Assembly (NCBI GenBank): GCA_025061835.1
Contig: JANXAC010000001.1
Location: 76,684-140,683 of the forward strand
Direction: 5' to 3'
DNA: 64,000 bases
Origin: Spirochaetota bacterium
GTDB taxonomy: Bacteria > Spirochaetota > Brevinematia > DTOW01
Below the pieces are notes generated by a model, which saw only the letters and a list, made by a program, of their open reading frames with translations, made no database searches and was not told the DNA's origin. A program made the position numbers and the translations under genes. Positions 33,954-45,280 of this stretch are shown here, in pieces; the first letter of the stretch is position 1; every line of letters begins with the position of its first letter.

Positions 33954-34305
33954 ACTCTAAATCTCCTTTAACCTCTTTTAGTATTTCAAACACTTTCATA
34001 CTTTCGTCTAGGTTAATAAATTCAAAGAATATCTCTGGTGAATGGATTGTTTTCAAGGTTTTTGCTAAACTTCTTCTTATAAAGCTTTTTGCTTTTATAA
34101 GACTCCTTATACTGCTTTTTATATCTTCTTTTTCACTTGAAAAGATACTCAACTTTACTGTTGCATATTTTAGATCCTTTGATAACTCAACATCAAAAAC
34201 GCTTATAATACCTTTTACTCTCTCATCTCGGAGTTGAGAAATTATTTTTGAGATTTCGCTTTGTATGAAGGAAGATACTCTCTTTATTCGCAATTCTTTA
34301 GCCAT
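33940..34305 (-). CDS. rbfA: Ribosome-binding factor A
   Basis: RIKRVSSFIQSEIS, LRDER, VELSKDLKYATV, FIRRSLAK..PEIFF; start moved to ATG 34305. Confidence 0.88.
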   Translation of the reverse strand: MAKELRIKRVSSFIQSEISKIISQLRDERVKGIISVFDVELSKDLKYATVKLSIFSSEKEDIKSSIRSLIKAKSFIRRSLAKTLKTIHSPEIFFEFINLDESMKVFEILKEVKGDLEYDSK

Positions 34306-34370
34306 ACATAAAGGATTAATAATAGTAATAATAGTTTTCAATTTCAACCGAAGTTTGAAGAATTTCAATT

Positions 34371-37300
34371 TCAAAACCTTCTATTATACCTTACATTCAA
34401 CCTTGGTTCAAATGTAGGCTTGTTTTCAACTAGTGATGAGGAGTATTGGAATTCTAGGAAGAAATTGTAAATAGACCAACTAACAACAAAATTGTGCAAC
34501 ATAACATTAGTAAATTCACTTTCATTACCAACTGTATCAATAAGTAATCTATATTCAAGTAATACATTTGGTATAATATTTTTACCAATCCTTAATTCTG
34601 TGCCTTTCATAATGTCTCTAAATGTGAAGAAAGGATTTCCCTCAACAAGAGATAGGAAGTATGTTGATACAAACGGTGACCTAAAGGTGAATACATCAAG
34701 ACCCGTATATCTTCTTACATTGTATGATAACGCTTCATACAAACCAACTTTCTCTATAAGTGATATACCTTGTTTTAGAGTCCCCCTTAATTCAGTTGGT
34801 AATCCTAGTAACGATGCTATCTCAGATTGGCTCCTTTCAGGTTGTGACCTAAACGAAGACCTAATTGATGTTGCCTTTCCAGATACATCCATAATTACCC
34901 TAACATTCTCTTCCGTTCTGTTGTCAAAAGCATAAGTGTACAGTGTTCCACTTACAAAAGGAACAAAATCCATCTCCTCCCCAGAAAAAACTATTCTCAG
35001 GTTATCAATGTTGAAGTTCTTACCTAGATATATAAGACTACCAGAACTTATGTTAGCAGACCCCGTTAAGAGTAGTGTGTTTTTAGCAAAACTACCTTTT
35101 ACTACTATATTCCCATAATCTACTCTACCGTTTATAACCTCAGATTCAAAGTGCGAGTTGGTCATAGATATAGATAAATTCCAATCTGCTATCTGGGCGA
35201 AGTTGTAACCAAAGAACTCGTCTGTTTGACTTACTTGAACGATAAAGTAATATACTTTTGAACTATCAAGTAATCTGATATTACCACTCATCTGTGGTGC
35301 ATTTGCTCTACCTCTTATATTAAGGTTTGCTACGGAAGGTCCTTGAATTATGAGACCTCCCCCTAAATCTAGGTTTAAACTCAAGTTTCCTCTTAAATTA
35401 ACTATTGATATATCAAGCGATGGATCTCCTATATTCTTTAGGTCTATAACAGAGGATACATTTACGGTAATATTACCACTTGACAACGGTATGTTTTTGG
35501 CTATGATTTTACTATCTCGTAGTTCTACATTCGCTCTTTGGACACTAAATACTGAGTTGATAAAATTGATCCTGATAGATTTTAGCGATAGAATTGCATA
35601 CCCATGCATATCCAATCCATCAGGTTTTATGACAACTCTTGTCTTCCCAAATTCCAACATACCTTCTATATCATCCACAAAATCAGGAACGATAAGGAAT
35701 TCAACTGGTATCCTACCGTTCAAATAACCATCAACTACTCCTTCTTGAATGTCCGCTTTATATTCATACAATTTTTCATTATCTCTTGTGTAAGATACTG
35801 TCAAGGTGTCATTATCCTTGTAAATATTAAGTCCATCTCCAGTCCCTTCAAGTTTGATAACATTACCTTCTACAACGATTCTTCTTTGCCATTTCTCATT
35901 AAGACCCGAGAATCCTTGTGTATCAACATTTACACTTCCCTCAAACTTATCTTCTAAAAATCTCCCGGTAATCTGTATAGCGTCCCTACTCGTCCTTGCA
36001 TTCCCAACCCTTTCCTTAAAGTATAATCTTGAAGACAATGAATTTTTGTTAAATGCTGTGTATAAGTAGAATATGTTATAGTAATTCACAATTGTAGCAT
36101 TTATCTTAATACTTTCATCCTTATAAGCGTTTAGCCTAACCCTGTTGAATATACCTTCAGTTTTTAAATATAGGTCTGCTATGATTTCTTCAATCATTTC
36201 ATAGAGATGTTTTTTTGTCATGTTTAATCTTGTTCTCAAACTACCATCTATCCAAGATATAACACCAAACGCTAATGGAAGTTTTTTAAAGTCTGCTATT
36301 ATATCTAATCTTTCTGGAAGTCCTAGAATAACCAATATCCTTGAGTCACCTATTTTTAGTCTAGATATCACTCCATCACTTACTTTCAGGTCACCAGAGA
36401 ATTCAATTGCTCTAGTTTCGGTATAGATAAAACCATTCGTTATTACAATACTCTCAAAACTACCTATTAGGTCAGACTTGAGATGAAAGGTTCCAAACTT
36501 CAGACCAATTTCTACATTTATATTATCACCAACTATACCCTGTAATTTCGTAAGCGTCAAATCTCCTAGAGGTATGTCTTTGAGTGATAATTCTACCAAT
36601 AGTGCTTTGATATCTAGATCAATACTACCATACTTTCTAGAGACCAGACTAATTTTTGATGAATTACCAGTAACTCTAAAGTAATCCTCAATATTTTGTC
36701 GTTTGAGTTTAACTATACCTGTTGCATAGTCTGAATTGTAGAGTATCTCTCCTTCTAGTGAGAGTTCAAGGTTTTTAATGTTGAGCCTCTTAATGTTTAT
36801 AAAGTTATTGTTAATCCTAACATCAGCAATAACTTGATCATTCTCTCCGTTTATGTAAAGAAGAAAATTAGTGTTTGAAAAACTTACAACTACTATAATA
36901 TTACTTGAGTTTAGAAAAGGAATATTCCCTAAAATCTGAGACAATAACTTATCCTTTATCTCAATCCTTCCGTCAAGTTTATCCAATCTTATACTTCCAT
37001 CTAGGTAACTATTTACAACTACAATCCTGTTTGAATTTATAATCATCCCGTTCAACAAACTCCCTTTAACAGGACCAATATCAATATAAGATGAGTTAAT
37101 TTTTATGTTATCTTTAACTTCCGAAAGGAAATATCCATCAAGTTTTAATTTTCCTAAATAGAAGTTTTTGATTGAAAACGACAAAACTCTATTCTCAAGG
37201 TCAATAGACAACCTCTTACTGTTCGTATTTCTGTACCTTACTTTTAGAGTAGTATCTTCATCAAGTCTTTTGTAGTATATGTAGAAATTCGTGGAGATTA

Positions 37301-38237
37301 CATTTAGAAAAGTTCCATCACTTGACAGGTTAAAAGTAATAATTGAGTCCTTTAAAATACTTTTAAACATGTTTTCAACATCAGGTGCGAATTCTGGTGG
37401 TATCAGTGCGGATAGATAAGAACTCACAGGATAGAGCCTGTCGAGAAGGTCATAAACTTGAATTTCAAACTTTATGTTTTCGGAAGAAAGTTCCATATAT
37501 GCGTAGTAGTCTGGATCTAGAAATATTCCTACTATTCTATCATCCTGTTTTGAAAGATGAACCTTGACATCTACAATACCTATATTAAACAAATGATTAC
37601 TCGTGAAAACCAAAAAACCGTTTAGGTTGCTTATGTTTCCCTGATTATCTATTGTTATTATACCCGACGACTCAAGTGTAGATTGTAGTATTGGTGTAGA
37701 TTCGTTAAGATCCAACTTTATCTGAGTCAAGACATCAAATACAACATTACCATCTATCACATTAATAGATGTATTATCTATTCCTACACGAATACCTTCA
37801 GTGATAATAGTAATATCATTGAACCTAAATCTAGAGCCTTGCAGTAGATTTAGAATATCGTAAATATACTTTCTTTCAAACTGATTTGTCCCAGTAGTTG
37901 AAGAATTAATTGATAGTAGTTGTATTACTACATTGGATGTATACAAATAACTTATTGGTATTCTTCTTAAAATTAACTTTCTTACGTCAATCATTAATTC
38001 AATATCCTTCAAGGTCACTATGAAGTCAGAATTAGAAATTTCAACACCCTCTACCCTTACTAAAAGATCTGGAGTAATTACCACCCTCTTAACCTTTGCA
38101 TATATATCAAAAGTTTCAAGTTGCTCCATTAATACATCCTTGTTTGAATTAACCAGTATGTTAGCAAGACCTATGACAAGAAAATACATTAGAACTATTA
38201 GAATAACTACCTTAATTGGTGAAAAACTTAGTTTCAT
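34371..38237 (-). CDS. TamB/AsmA-like translocation and assembly module protein
   Basis: 1288 aa, N-terminal anchor, beta-rich body, C-terminal DUF490-like segment (GSLIYLGKNF, SQPERSQSEIASLL), ends YNRRF. Confidence 0.75.
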   Translation of the reverse strand: MKLSFSPIKVVILIVLMYFLVIGLANILVNSNKDVLMEQLETFDIYAKVKRVVITPDLLVRVEGVEISNSDFIVTLKDIELMIDVRKLILRRIPISYLYTSNVVIQLLSINSSTTGTNQFERKYIYDILNLLQGSRFRFNDITIITEGIRVGIDNTSINVIDGNVVFDVLTQIKLDLNESTPILQSTLESSGIITIDNQGNISNLNGFLVFTSNHLFNIGIVDVKVHLSKQDDRIVGIFLDPDYYAYMELSSENIKFEIQVYDLLDRLYPVSSYLSALIPPEFAPDVENMFKSILKDSIITFNLSSDGTFLNVISTNFYIYYKRLDEDTTLKVRYRNTNSKRLSIDLENRVLSFSIKNFYLGKLKLDGYFLSEVKDNIKINSSYIDIGPVKGSLLNGMIINSNRIVVVNSYLDGSIRLDKLDGRIEIKDKLLSQILGNIPFLNSSNIIVVVSFSNTNFLLYINGENDQVIADVRINNNFINIKRLNIKNLELSLEGEILYNSDYATGIVKLKRQNIEDYFRVTGNSSKISLVSRKYGSIDLDIKALLVELSLKDIPLGDLTLTKLQGIVGDNINVEIGLKFGTFHLKSDLIGSFESIVITNGFIYTETRAIEFSGDLKVSDGVISRLKIGDSRILVILGLPERLDIIADFKKLPLAFGVISWIDGSLRTRLNMTKKHLYEMIEEIIADLYLKTEGIFNRVRLNAYKDESIKINATIVNYYNIFYLYTAFNKNSLSSRLYFKERVGNARTSRDAIQITGRFLEDKFEGSVNVDTQGFSGLNEKWQRRIVVEGNVIKLEGTGDGLNIYKDNDTLTVSYTRDNEKLYEYKADIQEGVVDGYLNGRIPVEFLIVPDFVDDIEGMLEFGKTRVVIKPDGLDMHGYAILSLKSIRINFINSVFSVQRANVELRDSKIIAKNIPLSSGNITVNVSSVIDLKNIGDPSLDISIVNLRGNLSLNLDLGGGLIIQGPSVANLNIRGRANAPQMSGNIRLLDSSKVYYFIVQVSQTDEFFGYNFAQIADWNLSISMTNSHFESEVINGRVDYGNIVVKGSFAKNTLLLTGSANISSGSLIYLGKNFNIDNLRIVFSGEEMDFVPFVSGTLYTYAFDNRTEENVRVIMDVSGKATSIRSSFRSQPERSQSEIASLLGLPTELRGTLKQGISLIEKVGLYEALSYNVRRYTGLDVFTFRSPFVSTYFLSLVEGNPFFTFRDIMKGTELRIGKNIIPNVLLEYRLLIDTVGNESEFTNVMLHNFVVSWSIYNFFLEFQYSSSLVENKPTFEPRLNVRYNRRF

Positions 38238-38279
38238 ATTACATTAAAATTATACTAAAAAATCTAACACTCAAGAAAA

Positions 38280-39197
38280 TTAGAAAGTTAATTCACTAAA
38301 AGTGCTAACATTAATTTCAGGAACAGTCTTTTTTACTAATCCTTTCAAAACCTGTCCGGGACCAACTTCTATTACAAGATCTGGGTTTAGTGATTTTATA
38401 TACTCAACTATGCTCGTCCATAGAACGGGTGAGTACATTTGTTTTTCCGTAATATCCAACATTTCCTCTTTTGAAGATGGGTATGGTTTTGCGTTGTAGT
38501 TTGCTATCACTGGTATGGATGGTGAAGATAGGTTTATGGTTTCTAGAAACTTTCTAAATTCTTTCGCTGGAGCTTCCATAAGCTTTGAGTGAAATGCTCC
38601 AGATACTGCTAATTCAATTACTCTTTTAGCACCAGCAGACTTGAGTAGTTCGGTTGCTTCTTGTATAGCTGATCTATAACCGGATATAACAGTCTGGTCA
38701 GGTGCATTGTAATTAACTGGTTCTACATACTTACCTTGGTCTGTGAGTTTATCGCATATTTCTTTTATTTTCTCTGGTGCTAGTCCTATAACTGCTGCCA
38801 TACCACCTTTACCTTCAGGGTCTGCCTTGGACATAAGTTCTCCTCTCTTCCTCACAATCTTCACACCATCTTCAAACGAAAACACTCCTGATGAGTAGAG
38901 AGCAGAGTATTCACCTAGACTATGCCCCGCAACAGCGATAATATTCATATCCTTAATCTCTCTCTTTATAACCTCTAACATACAAGCAGAGATTAGGAAT
39001 ATACTTGGTTGTGCGTTGTACGTGTCTTTAAGTGTGTCTTCACTACTTCTAAATATTATCTCCTCCATATCTACTCCTATTACATTACTAGCAGTTTTGA
39101 ACATCTCTCTCACATAATCAAACCTATCATAGATGTCCTTACCCATTCCAACCGATTGAGACCCCTGTCCCGGAAAGATTAAAACTACATTTCTCAT
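38280..39197 (-). CDS. fabD: Malonyl-CoA:ACP transacylase
   Basis: FPGQGSQ, AGHSLGEY, VSGAFHS, EVGPG; GGAGG SD before ATG 39197. Confidence 0.97.
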   Translation of the reverse strand: MRNVVLIFPGQGSQSVGMGKDIYDRFDYVREMFKTASNVIGVDMEEIIFRSSEDTLKDTYNAQPSIFLISACMLEVIKREIKDMNIIAVAGHSLGEYSALYSSGVFSFEDGVKIVRKRGELMSKADPEGKGGMAAVIGLAPEKIKEICDKLTDQGKYVEPVNYNAPDQTVISGYRSAIQEATELLKSAGAKRVIELAVSGAFHSKLMEAPAKEFRKFLETINLSSPSIPVIANYNAKPYPSSKEEMLDITEKQMYSPVLWTSIVEYIKSLNPDLVIEVGPGQVLKGLVKKTVPEINVSTFSELTF

Positions 39198-39373
39198 AAA
39201 CAACCTCCCAAGAAATTTTAATCGGATATATCCATATCTATCTACTTTTCATCTTGACTCTATAGGTTCTAGAATTTGGCAGATCAACATATTTAATCAA
39301 ACTTGGAATTAATCTTTATGGGAATAAACAATGATTATCCAACAATAGACATATCTACTTACGAAAGTATAAG

Positions 39374-40327
39374 TTATCTAACTATATACCTTTTAGGATT
39401 CACCTTTCTTCCATTTTTTATGACCTCAAAGTGTAGATGTGGTCCTGTTGTCATACCTGTATCACCTACTCTTCCTATGATATGTCCTCTACTTACTCTC
39501 TGGCCTTCTTTTACCAGTATTTTAGAAAGATGTCCGTATAGCGTTTTAGTTGATGAACTGTGTTTTATGACTATGAAGTATCCATATCCTTCGTCGTATC
39601 CAGTTTTTTCAACTATTCCATACATTGCAGATTTCACAGGAGACCCGTAAGGTGCGGATATGTCAAGACCTGAATGGAATCTACGGAGGCCTAAAACTGG
39701 ATGTATCCTATACCCATAACCAGATGTAAATCTACCTAGAAGTGGTTTCAAAAAACCTATACCAAGCATATCAGTAATCTCCCGCCAACTCAATTCTACT
39801 CCCGGAACTAGACATTCATTCTTGAAATGCATTTTATAGCCGTTTGCTATGAACACTTCAAATGGATGAACATTATACTTACTCGCAACATCAAATACAG
39901 AGAAACTACCAGCCTTCCTATACTTTACAACATCTTCTTCCGCATAAAGAAGATTCTTTCCAACCGCCAAAGATTGCGATGACAAAACATTAAGACTCAC
40001 TAGTGTGCTTATGGAAGTGCCTAACTTCTTTGATATACTTAGTAGTGTGTCTCCTTTAACTACTTTGTATTCTTTAATTTGTATCGGTGATACATCAATA
40101 CCCAAGTATCTTCTGTAAAAAAGATGTATGATATATTCATCACTTTTTGATACAAGTGAAGGAATTAGGTTTGAGATAATACTGTATAGAGACACTATTA
40201 TCATCACTAGAGATATTAGGGCTATGGTGATAGGTCCGAGTTCTTTAAGTGCCAGTAGTAGTTGTTGTATAAATAGTCTTCTTCTTACCGAATAATTAAG
40301 TTTAAGGATTTGCCTATAAAGGCTCAT
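39374..40327 (-). CDS. Membrane-anchored LysM/M23 peptidoglycan endopeptidase
   Basis: TM helix, LysM (YKVVKGDTLLSIS), M23 HSGLD and GPHLHFE. Confidence 0.92.
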   Translation of the reverse strand: MSLYRQILKLNYSVRRRLFIQQLLLALKELGPITIALISLVMIIVSLYSIISNLIPSLVSKSDEYIIHLFYRRYLGIDVSPIQIKEYKVVKGDTLLSISKKLGTSISTLVSLNVLSSQSLAVGKNLLYAEEDVVKYRKAGSFSVFDVASKYNVHPFEVFIANGYKMHFKNECLVPGVELSWREITDMLGIGFLKPLLGRFTSGYGYRIHPVLGLRRFHSGLDISAPYGSPVKSAMYGIVEKTGYDEGYGYFIVIKHSSSTKTLYGHLSKILVKEGQRVSRGHIIGRVGDTGMTTGPHLHFEVIKNGRKVNPKRYIVR

Positions 40328-40330
40328 AAT

Positions 40331-41125
40331 TTATCTCTTCAGATTAACTGCAGTTCCAAGCATACTATCGGTTGTTTGGATGCTTTTTGAATTAAACTCA
40401 TAAGCTCTCTGTGCTACTATCATATCAACAAACTCTCTAACTGCATTTACATTTGACATTTCAAGAAAACCTTGGTGAAGTTTCCCAAAACCATCTTTTG
40501 AAGGTATTCCTTCGTAAGCAGGACCTGAAGCAGGTGTTTCCCTGAAAAGGTTCTCACCAATACTGTCAAGTCCGGCAGGGTTTGTAAATCTGTAGAGTTT
40601 TATTTGACCGACTTCAATCTCATCGTTTGAGTCAAAAACTTTAGCATACACCATCCCATTATCAAGTATCTTTATACTCTCAAATCTAAAACCTTCTGGA
40701 AATACTATCTGAGGGTCAAACCTATACCCGTTTGATGTTAGTAATTCTCCGTTTGAGTCCAGTTTAAATGAACCATCTCTTGTGTATGCGTATGTTCCAT
40801 CAGGTAGCACTATTCTGAAGTATCCCTCACCTGCTATCGCTACATCAAGTTTGTTACCAGTATTCTGTAGTGCTCCTTGTGTGTGAAACTTGAATGTTGC
40901 CGAAGGTTTAACACCAAGTCCAACCTGTATCGGCACAGGATAGATTGTAAGTTCAGAAGAAGGAGTTCCTGCCATTCGCTGTGTCTGATAGAGTAATTCC
41001 TCAAACTCTGCTCTACTTCTTTTATAGCCAGTTGTGTTAATGTTAGCAAGGTTGTTTGATATAACATCTATGTTAAACTGTCCTCCTATCATCCCAGATG
41101 CTCCAGTCCAGAGCGACCTGACCAT
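40331..41125 (-). CDS. flgG: Flagellar basal-body distal rod protein FlgG
   Basis: MVRSLWTGASGM, SNNLANINTTGYK, YTRDGSF, LEMSNVN, QRAYEFNSKSI; GGAGG SD before ATG 41125. Confidence 0.96.
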   Translation of the reverse strand: MVRSLWTGASGMIGGQFNIDVISNNLANINTTGYKRSRAEFEELLYQTQRMAGTPSSELTIYPVPIQVGLGVKPSATFKFHTQGALQNTGNKLDVAIAGEGYFRIVLPDGTYAYTRDGSFKLDSNGELLTSNGYRFDPQIVFPEGFRFESIKILDNGMVYAKVFDSNDEIEVGQIKLYRFTNPAGLDSIGENLFRETPASGPAYEGIPSKDGFGKLHQGFLEMSNVNAVREFVDMIVAQRAYEFNSKSIQTTDSMLGTAVNLKR

Positions 41126-41404
41126 AACTACCTCCAAATCACAACTAATCCTAATTTTCGTATAAATTTGAACAAACTCAATGTTTGAAACAATAGGTAC
41201 AGAAGAATTAAACAAGTCTTAAATACAAGAGCTTCGTAGAATTTTGTTTTCCAAGAAAACCTGAAATTTCCTAAGAATTTTCAATCTATCTCTACTAGTT
41301 TTAGATACACTAACATATACTAAACTTACACAATTTACACTACCTGTCTTGCTAACTATTCTGATTTAACTTCGTTTTGTCGTGTTAGATAGACAAAGAG
41401 ACAC

Positions 41405-43198
41405 CTAATAACTTATCTTCTTAATTTCTTTTATCTTTTTCTCCTCCATCGCAAGGACATGCTTCTCCTCTAGCAATTCTTCAAGTATCTCTTGGTCCGT
41501 TGTATCTTTTGATACTCTCTCTATTATTGCTTGAATTTCTCTCTTCCTCTCCCTTATGTTCTTTATCTTGTAGAGACTTAGAAGGAAGTCAAAATCTTCC
41601 TTTAGGTTTTCGGAGTAAGTCCTTACAAATCCAGCGACTTTTGACTCAACTTCAGACTGTAGTAGGTAAAGTTGATTTATAGTCTCATCATCTATCTCCT
41701 CACTTATAAGGTAATTCTCAAGAAAGAATAAGTATGACCTAGCAGTTTCATCTCTTATATCACTTATATCTACTTCCGACTTTAGTGTCTCTATGAGAAT
41801 GTTGTTTTTGGATATCATGTAAGCGAGTATAAGTTCCAGAGTGTTAAGAGAAAGACTTGAATAATTTACCATAATGTTATCAATGGTAATACGCTGTCTA
41901 TTTTGATACTTCTCAAACTCTGAACGCATTATGGTCTGACTTATTCCCATCATTTCAGAGACTTTTTTAAGCGCTTCTTCTTTGTCGTATAGATTTCTAA
42001 ACACAGATATTAGCGAAAAAAATTTTAGAACAAGAGACATCCTTGAGTTTTTATCAACACTACTCATCAAATCTTTGTAGGACTCAATAAAGAAATCAAT
42101 TACACTCATAGAATTAGATAGTAACAATTTTTCATCTATCACCTCTCCCTTGTTATCGTAAAATTTGATAAACTCATCTGGGTCCTTCTGACTAACTTTT
42201 ACAACCTTTACATCAAGGTCGGAGTTGTTCATTATAAGAAAAACTGCTCTCTCAACTGCGTTTATCCCCGCATTATCAGAGTCAAAGAATAGATATATCT
42301 CTTTGGCTATATTACTTATCAGTCTAAGTTGCTCAACCGTAAGAGAAGTTCCCATAACCCCACAAACATTATCAATCCCTTTCCTGTGAAGAGATATAAC
42401 ATCAAAATACCCTTCTACCAAGAAAACTCTTCCCGTTTCTCTTATCGCATTTTTTGCGTTGTTTAAACCAAAAAGTATCTGTCTTTTTTTGAATATTGGT
42501 GTCTCCGGTAGATTTATATACTTTGGTTCTTTAGTGTCTTCTGAAAGTGTTCTGCCAGCAAAACCAACAATATCACCATATTCGTTTTCAATAGGAAATG
42601 TTAGTCTATTTCTCAAAAGGTCTATAGGTCCTGATGTTGTGCTAACCACAAGTCTTGACTCAAAGATCGTCTCATCAGTGAAGAATTTTGACTTCAAGTA
42701 TCTATACAACAAATCTTTTGAGTTTGGAGACATACCAAACTTGAACTTCTTTGCAGTTTTTGAGTCTATTTTCCTACTTTTTAGGTAGTTTATTCCTATC
42801 TTTTGTTTGTCTCCTTTGGTTAGGTAGTAGTAGAAGAATTTCTGTGCTTCCATATTGAGTTGCTTTAGAGATAAGATTATTGACCTACTTTTAGATGTCC
42901 TTGACAGATAACTATCAATATCGATTCCTGCTTCTTTTCCAACCTTTCTAACTGCCTCCATAAATGATATTTTCTCAATCTCCATAACGAAAGTTATGAC
43001 ATCGCCAGTCTTGCCGCACCCGAAGCAGTGGAATATCCCCTTATCTGGAGAGATAGTAAAAGAAGGTGTCTTATCATTATGGAACGGACAGTTTGCGATA
43101 TAATTTTTACCGGACTTCTTTAGGTTTATGTATCTACCTATAACATCTTCTATCCTAACGAGACTCTTTATGTTGGATATGATTTCCCTTATGTCCAT
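41405..43198 (-). CDS. dnaG: DNA primase
   Basis: CPFH..CFGC Zn finger, GFAGR, PKYIN, TOPRIM VEGYFDV and FDSDNAG, KDPDE; start moved to ATG 43198. Confidence 0.96.
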   Translation of the reverse strand: MDIREIISNIKSLVRIEDVIGRYINLKKSGKNYIANCPFHNDKTPSFTISPDKGIFHCFGCGKTGDVITFVMEIEKISFMEAVRKVGKEAGIDIDSYLSRTSKSRSIILSLKQLNMEAQKFFYYYLTKGDKQKIGINYLKSRKIDSKTAKKFKFGMSPNSKDLLYRYLKSKFFTDETIFESRLVVSTTSGPIDLLRNRLTFPIENEYGDIVGFAGRTLSEDTKEPKYINLPETPIFKKRQILFGLNNAKNAIRETGRVFLVEGYFDVISLHRKGIDNVCGVMGTSLTVEQLRLISNIAKEIYLFFDSDNAGINAVERAVFLIMNNSDLDVKVVKVSQKDPDEFIKFYDNKGEVIDEKLLLSNSMSVIDFFIESYKDLMSSVDKNSRMSLVLKFFSLISVFRNLYDKEEALKKVSEMMGISQTIMRSEFEKYQNRQRITIDNIMVNYSSLSLNTLELILAYMISKNNILIETLKSEVDISDIRDETARSYLFFLENYLISEEIDDETINQLYLLQSEVESKVAGFVRTYSENLKEDFDFLLSLYKIKNIRERKREIQAIIERVSKDTTDQEILEELLEEKHVLAMEEKKIKEIKKISY

Positions 43199-43199
43199 A

Positions 43200-43817
43200 C
43201 TAAAAATTCTGTAGGAACTTTCTAATGATATTTTCGCCGTTCTTGTGACTCTTTTCTGGATGAAACTGAACTGCAAAAATGTTATCAACAAGTATTGATG
43301 ATGTAAAGACCTCTCCGTTATAGTCGGTTGTAGTATTTACCACAGTATTATCTTTAGGATTTGCATAGAATGAATGGACGAAATAGAAGTACTTACCTTC
43401 ATCTTCAGAGTTGAAAAACAGAGTTTCTTTCTTAACATTTACCTGATTCCAACCTATATGTGGTATAGGTTGAGCAAATCTGAACCTAACAACTTCACCT
43501 TTAAGAATCCCTAATCCTTCGTAAGTTCCATTTTCATAACCAATCTCAAAAAGAACTTGAAGCCCAACACATACTCCCATAAACTTTCTACCACTCCTTA
43601 TCCATTCCCTAACAAACTCGTCAATCTTACTTTCCTTTAGGTTTTTCATCACATCTCCAAAAGCGCCAACCCCTGGAAGTATTATCTTACTAGATGCCCT
43701 AAGGACTTCTATATCAGAAGAAACTACAACTTCAATCCCCATACTCTTTCCAACACGAACGATAGCGTTAATCATACTTCTTATATTACCAGCTCCATAG
43801 TCTATGATTCCAACCAT
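43200..43817 (-). CDS. hisH: Imidazole glycerol phosphate synthase glutaminase subunit
   Basis: IDYGAGN, LPGVGAF, GVCVGLQ, PHIGWN, YFVHS, QFHPEKS. Confidence 0.96.
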   Translation of the reverse strand: MVGIIDYGAGNIRSMINAIVRVGKSMGIEVVVSSDIEVLRASSKIILPGVGAFGDVMKNLKESKIDEFVREWIRSGRKFMGVCVGLQVLFEIGYENGTYEGLGILKGEVVRFRFAQPIPHIGWNQVNVKKETLFFNSEDEGKYFYFVHSFYANPKDNTVVNTTTDYNGEVFTSSILVDNIFAVQFHPEKSHKNGENIIRKFLQNF

Positions 43818-43892
43818 AAGAAAATTATAAACAAAAACCTAGATTGCTTATAAATTTGAAAGACTTCAAACCTTTTGAATATATTTGTTTTT

Positions 43893-45233
43893 ATGAGGTT
43901 GGTACTGAGAATTTTGTTGATTCTAACTACAACTCAAGCATTAATATTCGCAAACGTAAACAATCTCCTGCCATCACAACCTGCTCTAGTTGTAAAATTC
44001 CAGAGTTTTAAGTATTTTAACGAGAACTTGTCAAATCTCATCTTGCTTATGTTCCCAAGATCTTATAACGAGACTATGAGCTCTATAAAATCATATTTTG
44101 AAGAAATATTCGGTGTTGATATAACTGAATTGAGTAATCTTGAAAGTATAGGAATTAGCACAAATAGAGAGTTTGGATTCGGCTTTAATCGTAAGGGGCA
44201 ACCTTTCATAATACTACCGATAAGCACAACAAACCTTGATGAGAGAATAGTAAGACTTCAAAATATACTCTATAAACTAGCATTCACAAGTTTTACATTC
44301 ACGAGAGACTACATAATAGCGACTGGTAAGGACTTTGAGAAAAGTATGGTATCACAACTTCCAAGTGACTATAATGTATATCTGTCAAACCCTGTTTTTG
44401 ACACAATAACTCCTTTCAAGATACCTTTAGCATTTTCAGAGAACTACCTAGTAGTTAAGTTGAAGACAATATCTTCTAACTTGATTTCACTAGAACTCTT
44501 TCAAACTCCCGTTATGCTTGAGATAACAAATCAGTCGTTCAGGCTTGACAACATAAGTTATACATTTCAAAAGGATAGTATTCCAATAATTATTGACCTC
44601 AAGATGAGACCGATAGATATCATTTCCAACATTCGCTTTTTTGAGAGAACCATTGATCTAGGAATATACAAAATCCTTACTAACTTTGAGAAGGAGTTTG
44701 AAGTTAACACTATTGAAGTAATCACGAATCTTGTAGGTCCCTCAACATTCTTTATATACGGTTATAACAACGAACTCAACAACAAAATAATGTTCGTATC
44801 TTCAGTAAACGACCAAAACCTTATGATCAGGACGATTGATAGAATGGCTAGAGAAATGGCTAGAAAAAGAGATGTGTTTAAGTTCTCAATTTTTGACAAA
44901 ACATTCTACAGACTACCTATAAAAGAAAACCATAATCTCTATGTAGGTGTAATATTCAACAGATTTATAGTATCTACTGATAGAGATATTCTAATAGGTT
45001 TTGTTAGGAATATAGCAAATGATGTTAAAGAATTTACAGAAGAGCATAAGGGAGCAATAAATGTAGTGATCAATTCGCAACCTACATTAAACAACACTGT
45101 TAGAATAAACACTTCGGAAGTCAATCCTTTTATCCGACAGATACTACCGCTTGTTGTTCAGAGCAAGAGAGTAATAATCTCATCACAGATAGTTACAAAC
45201 ACTGTTTATAGTTCTATCAACATTGAATACTAA
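43893..45233 (+). CDS. Secreted hypothetical protein
   Basis: Signal-peptide-like start MRLVLRILLILTTTQALIFA; ~446 aa; no motif recognised. Confidence 0.6.
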   Translation: MRLVLRILLILTTTQALIFANVNNLLPSQPALVVKFQSFKYFNENLSNLILLMFPRSYNETMSSIKSYFEEIFGVDITELSNLESIGISTNREFGFGFNRKGQPFIILPISTTNLDERIVRLQNILYKLAFTSFTFTRDYIIATGKDFEKSMVSQLPSDYNVYLSNPVFDTITPFKIPLAFSENYLVVKLKTISSNLISLELFQTPVMLEITNQSFRLDNISYTFQKDSIPIIIDLKMRPIDIISNIRFFERTIDLGIYKILTNFEKEFEVNTIEVITNLVGPSTFFIYGYNNELNNKIMFVSSVNDQNLMIRTIDRMAREMARKRDVFKFSIFDKTFYRLPIKENHNLYVGVIFNRFIVSTDRDILIGFVRNIANDVKEFTEEHKGAINVVINSQPTLNNTVRINTSEVNPFIRQILPLVVQSKRVIISSQIVTNTVYSSINIEY

Positions 45234-45246
45234 TTTTTTAGGTTCA

Positions 45247-45280
45247 ATCAGTCAGTAGATTTTGATTTCTACTGGATGAT
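45247..45280 (+). terminator. Possible terminator hairpin
   Basis: ATCAGTCAGTAGA/TCTACTGGATGAT 13-bp stem (one GU, one mismatch) starting 14 nt after the stop; no clear U-tract. Confidence 0.35.
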
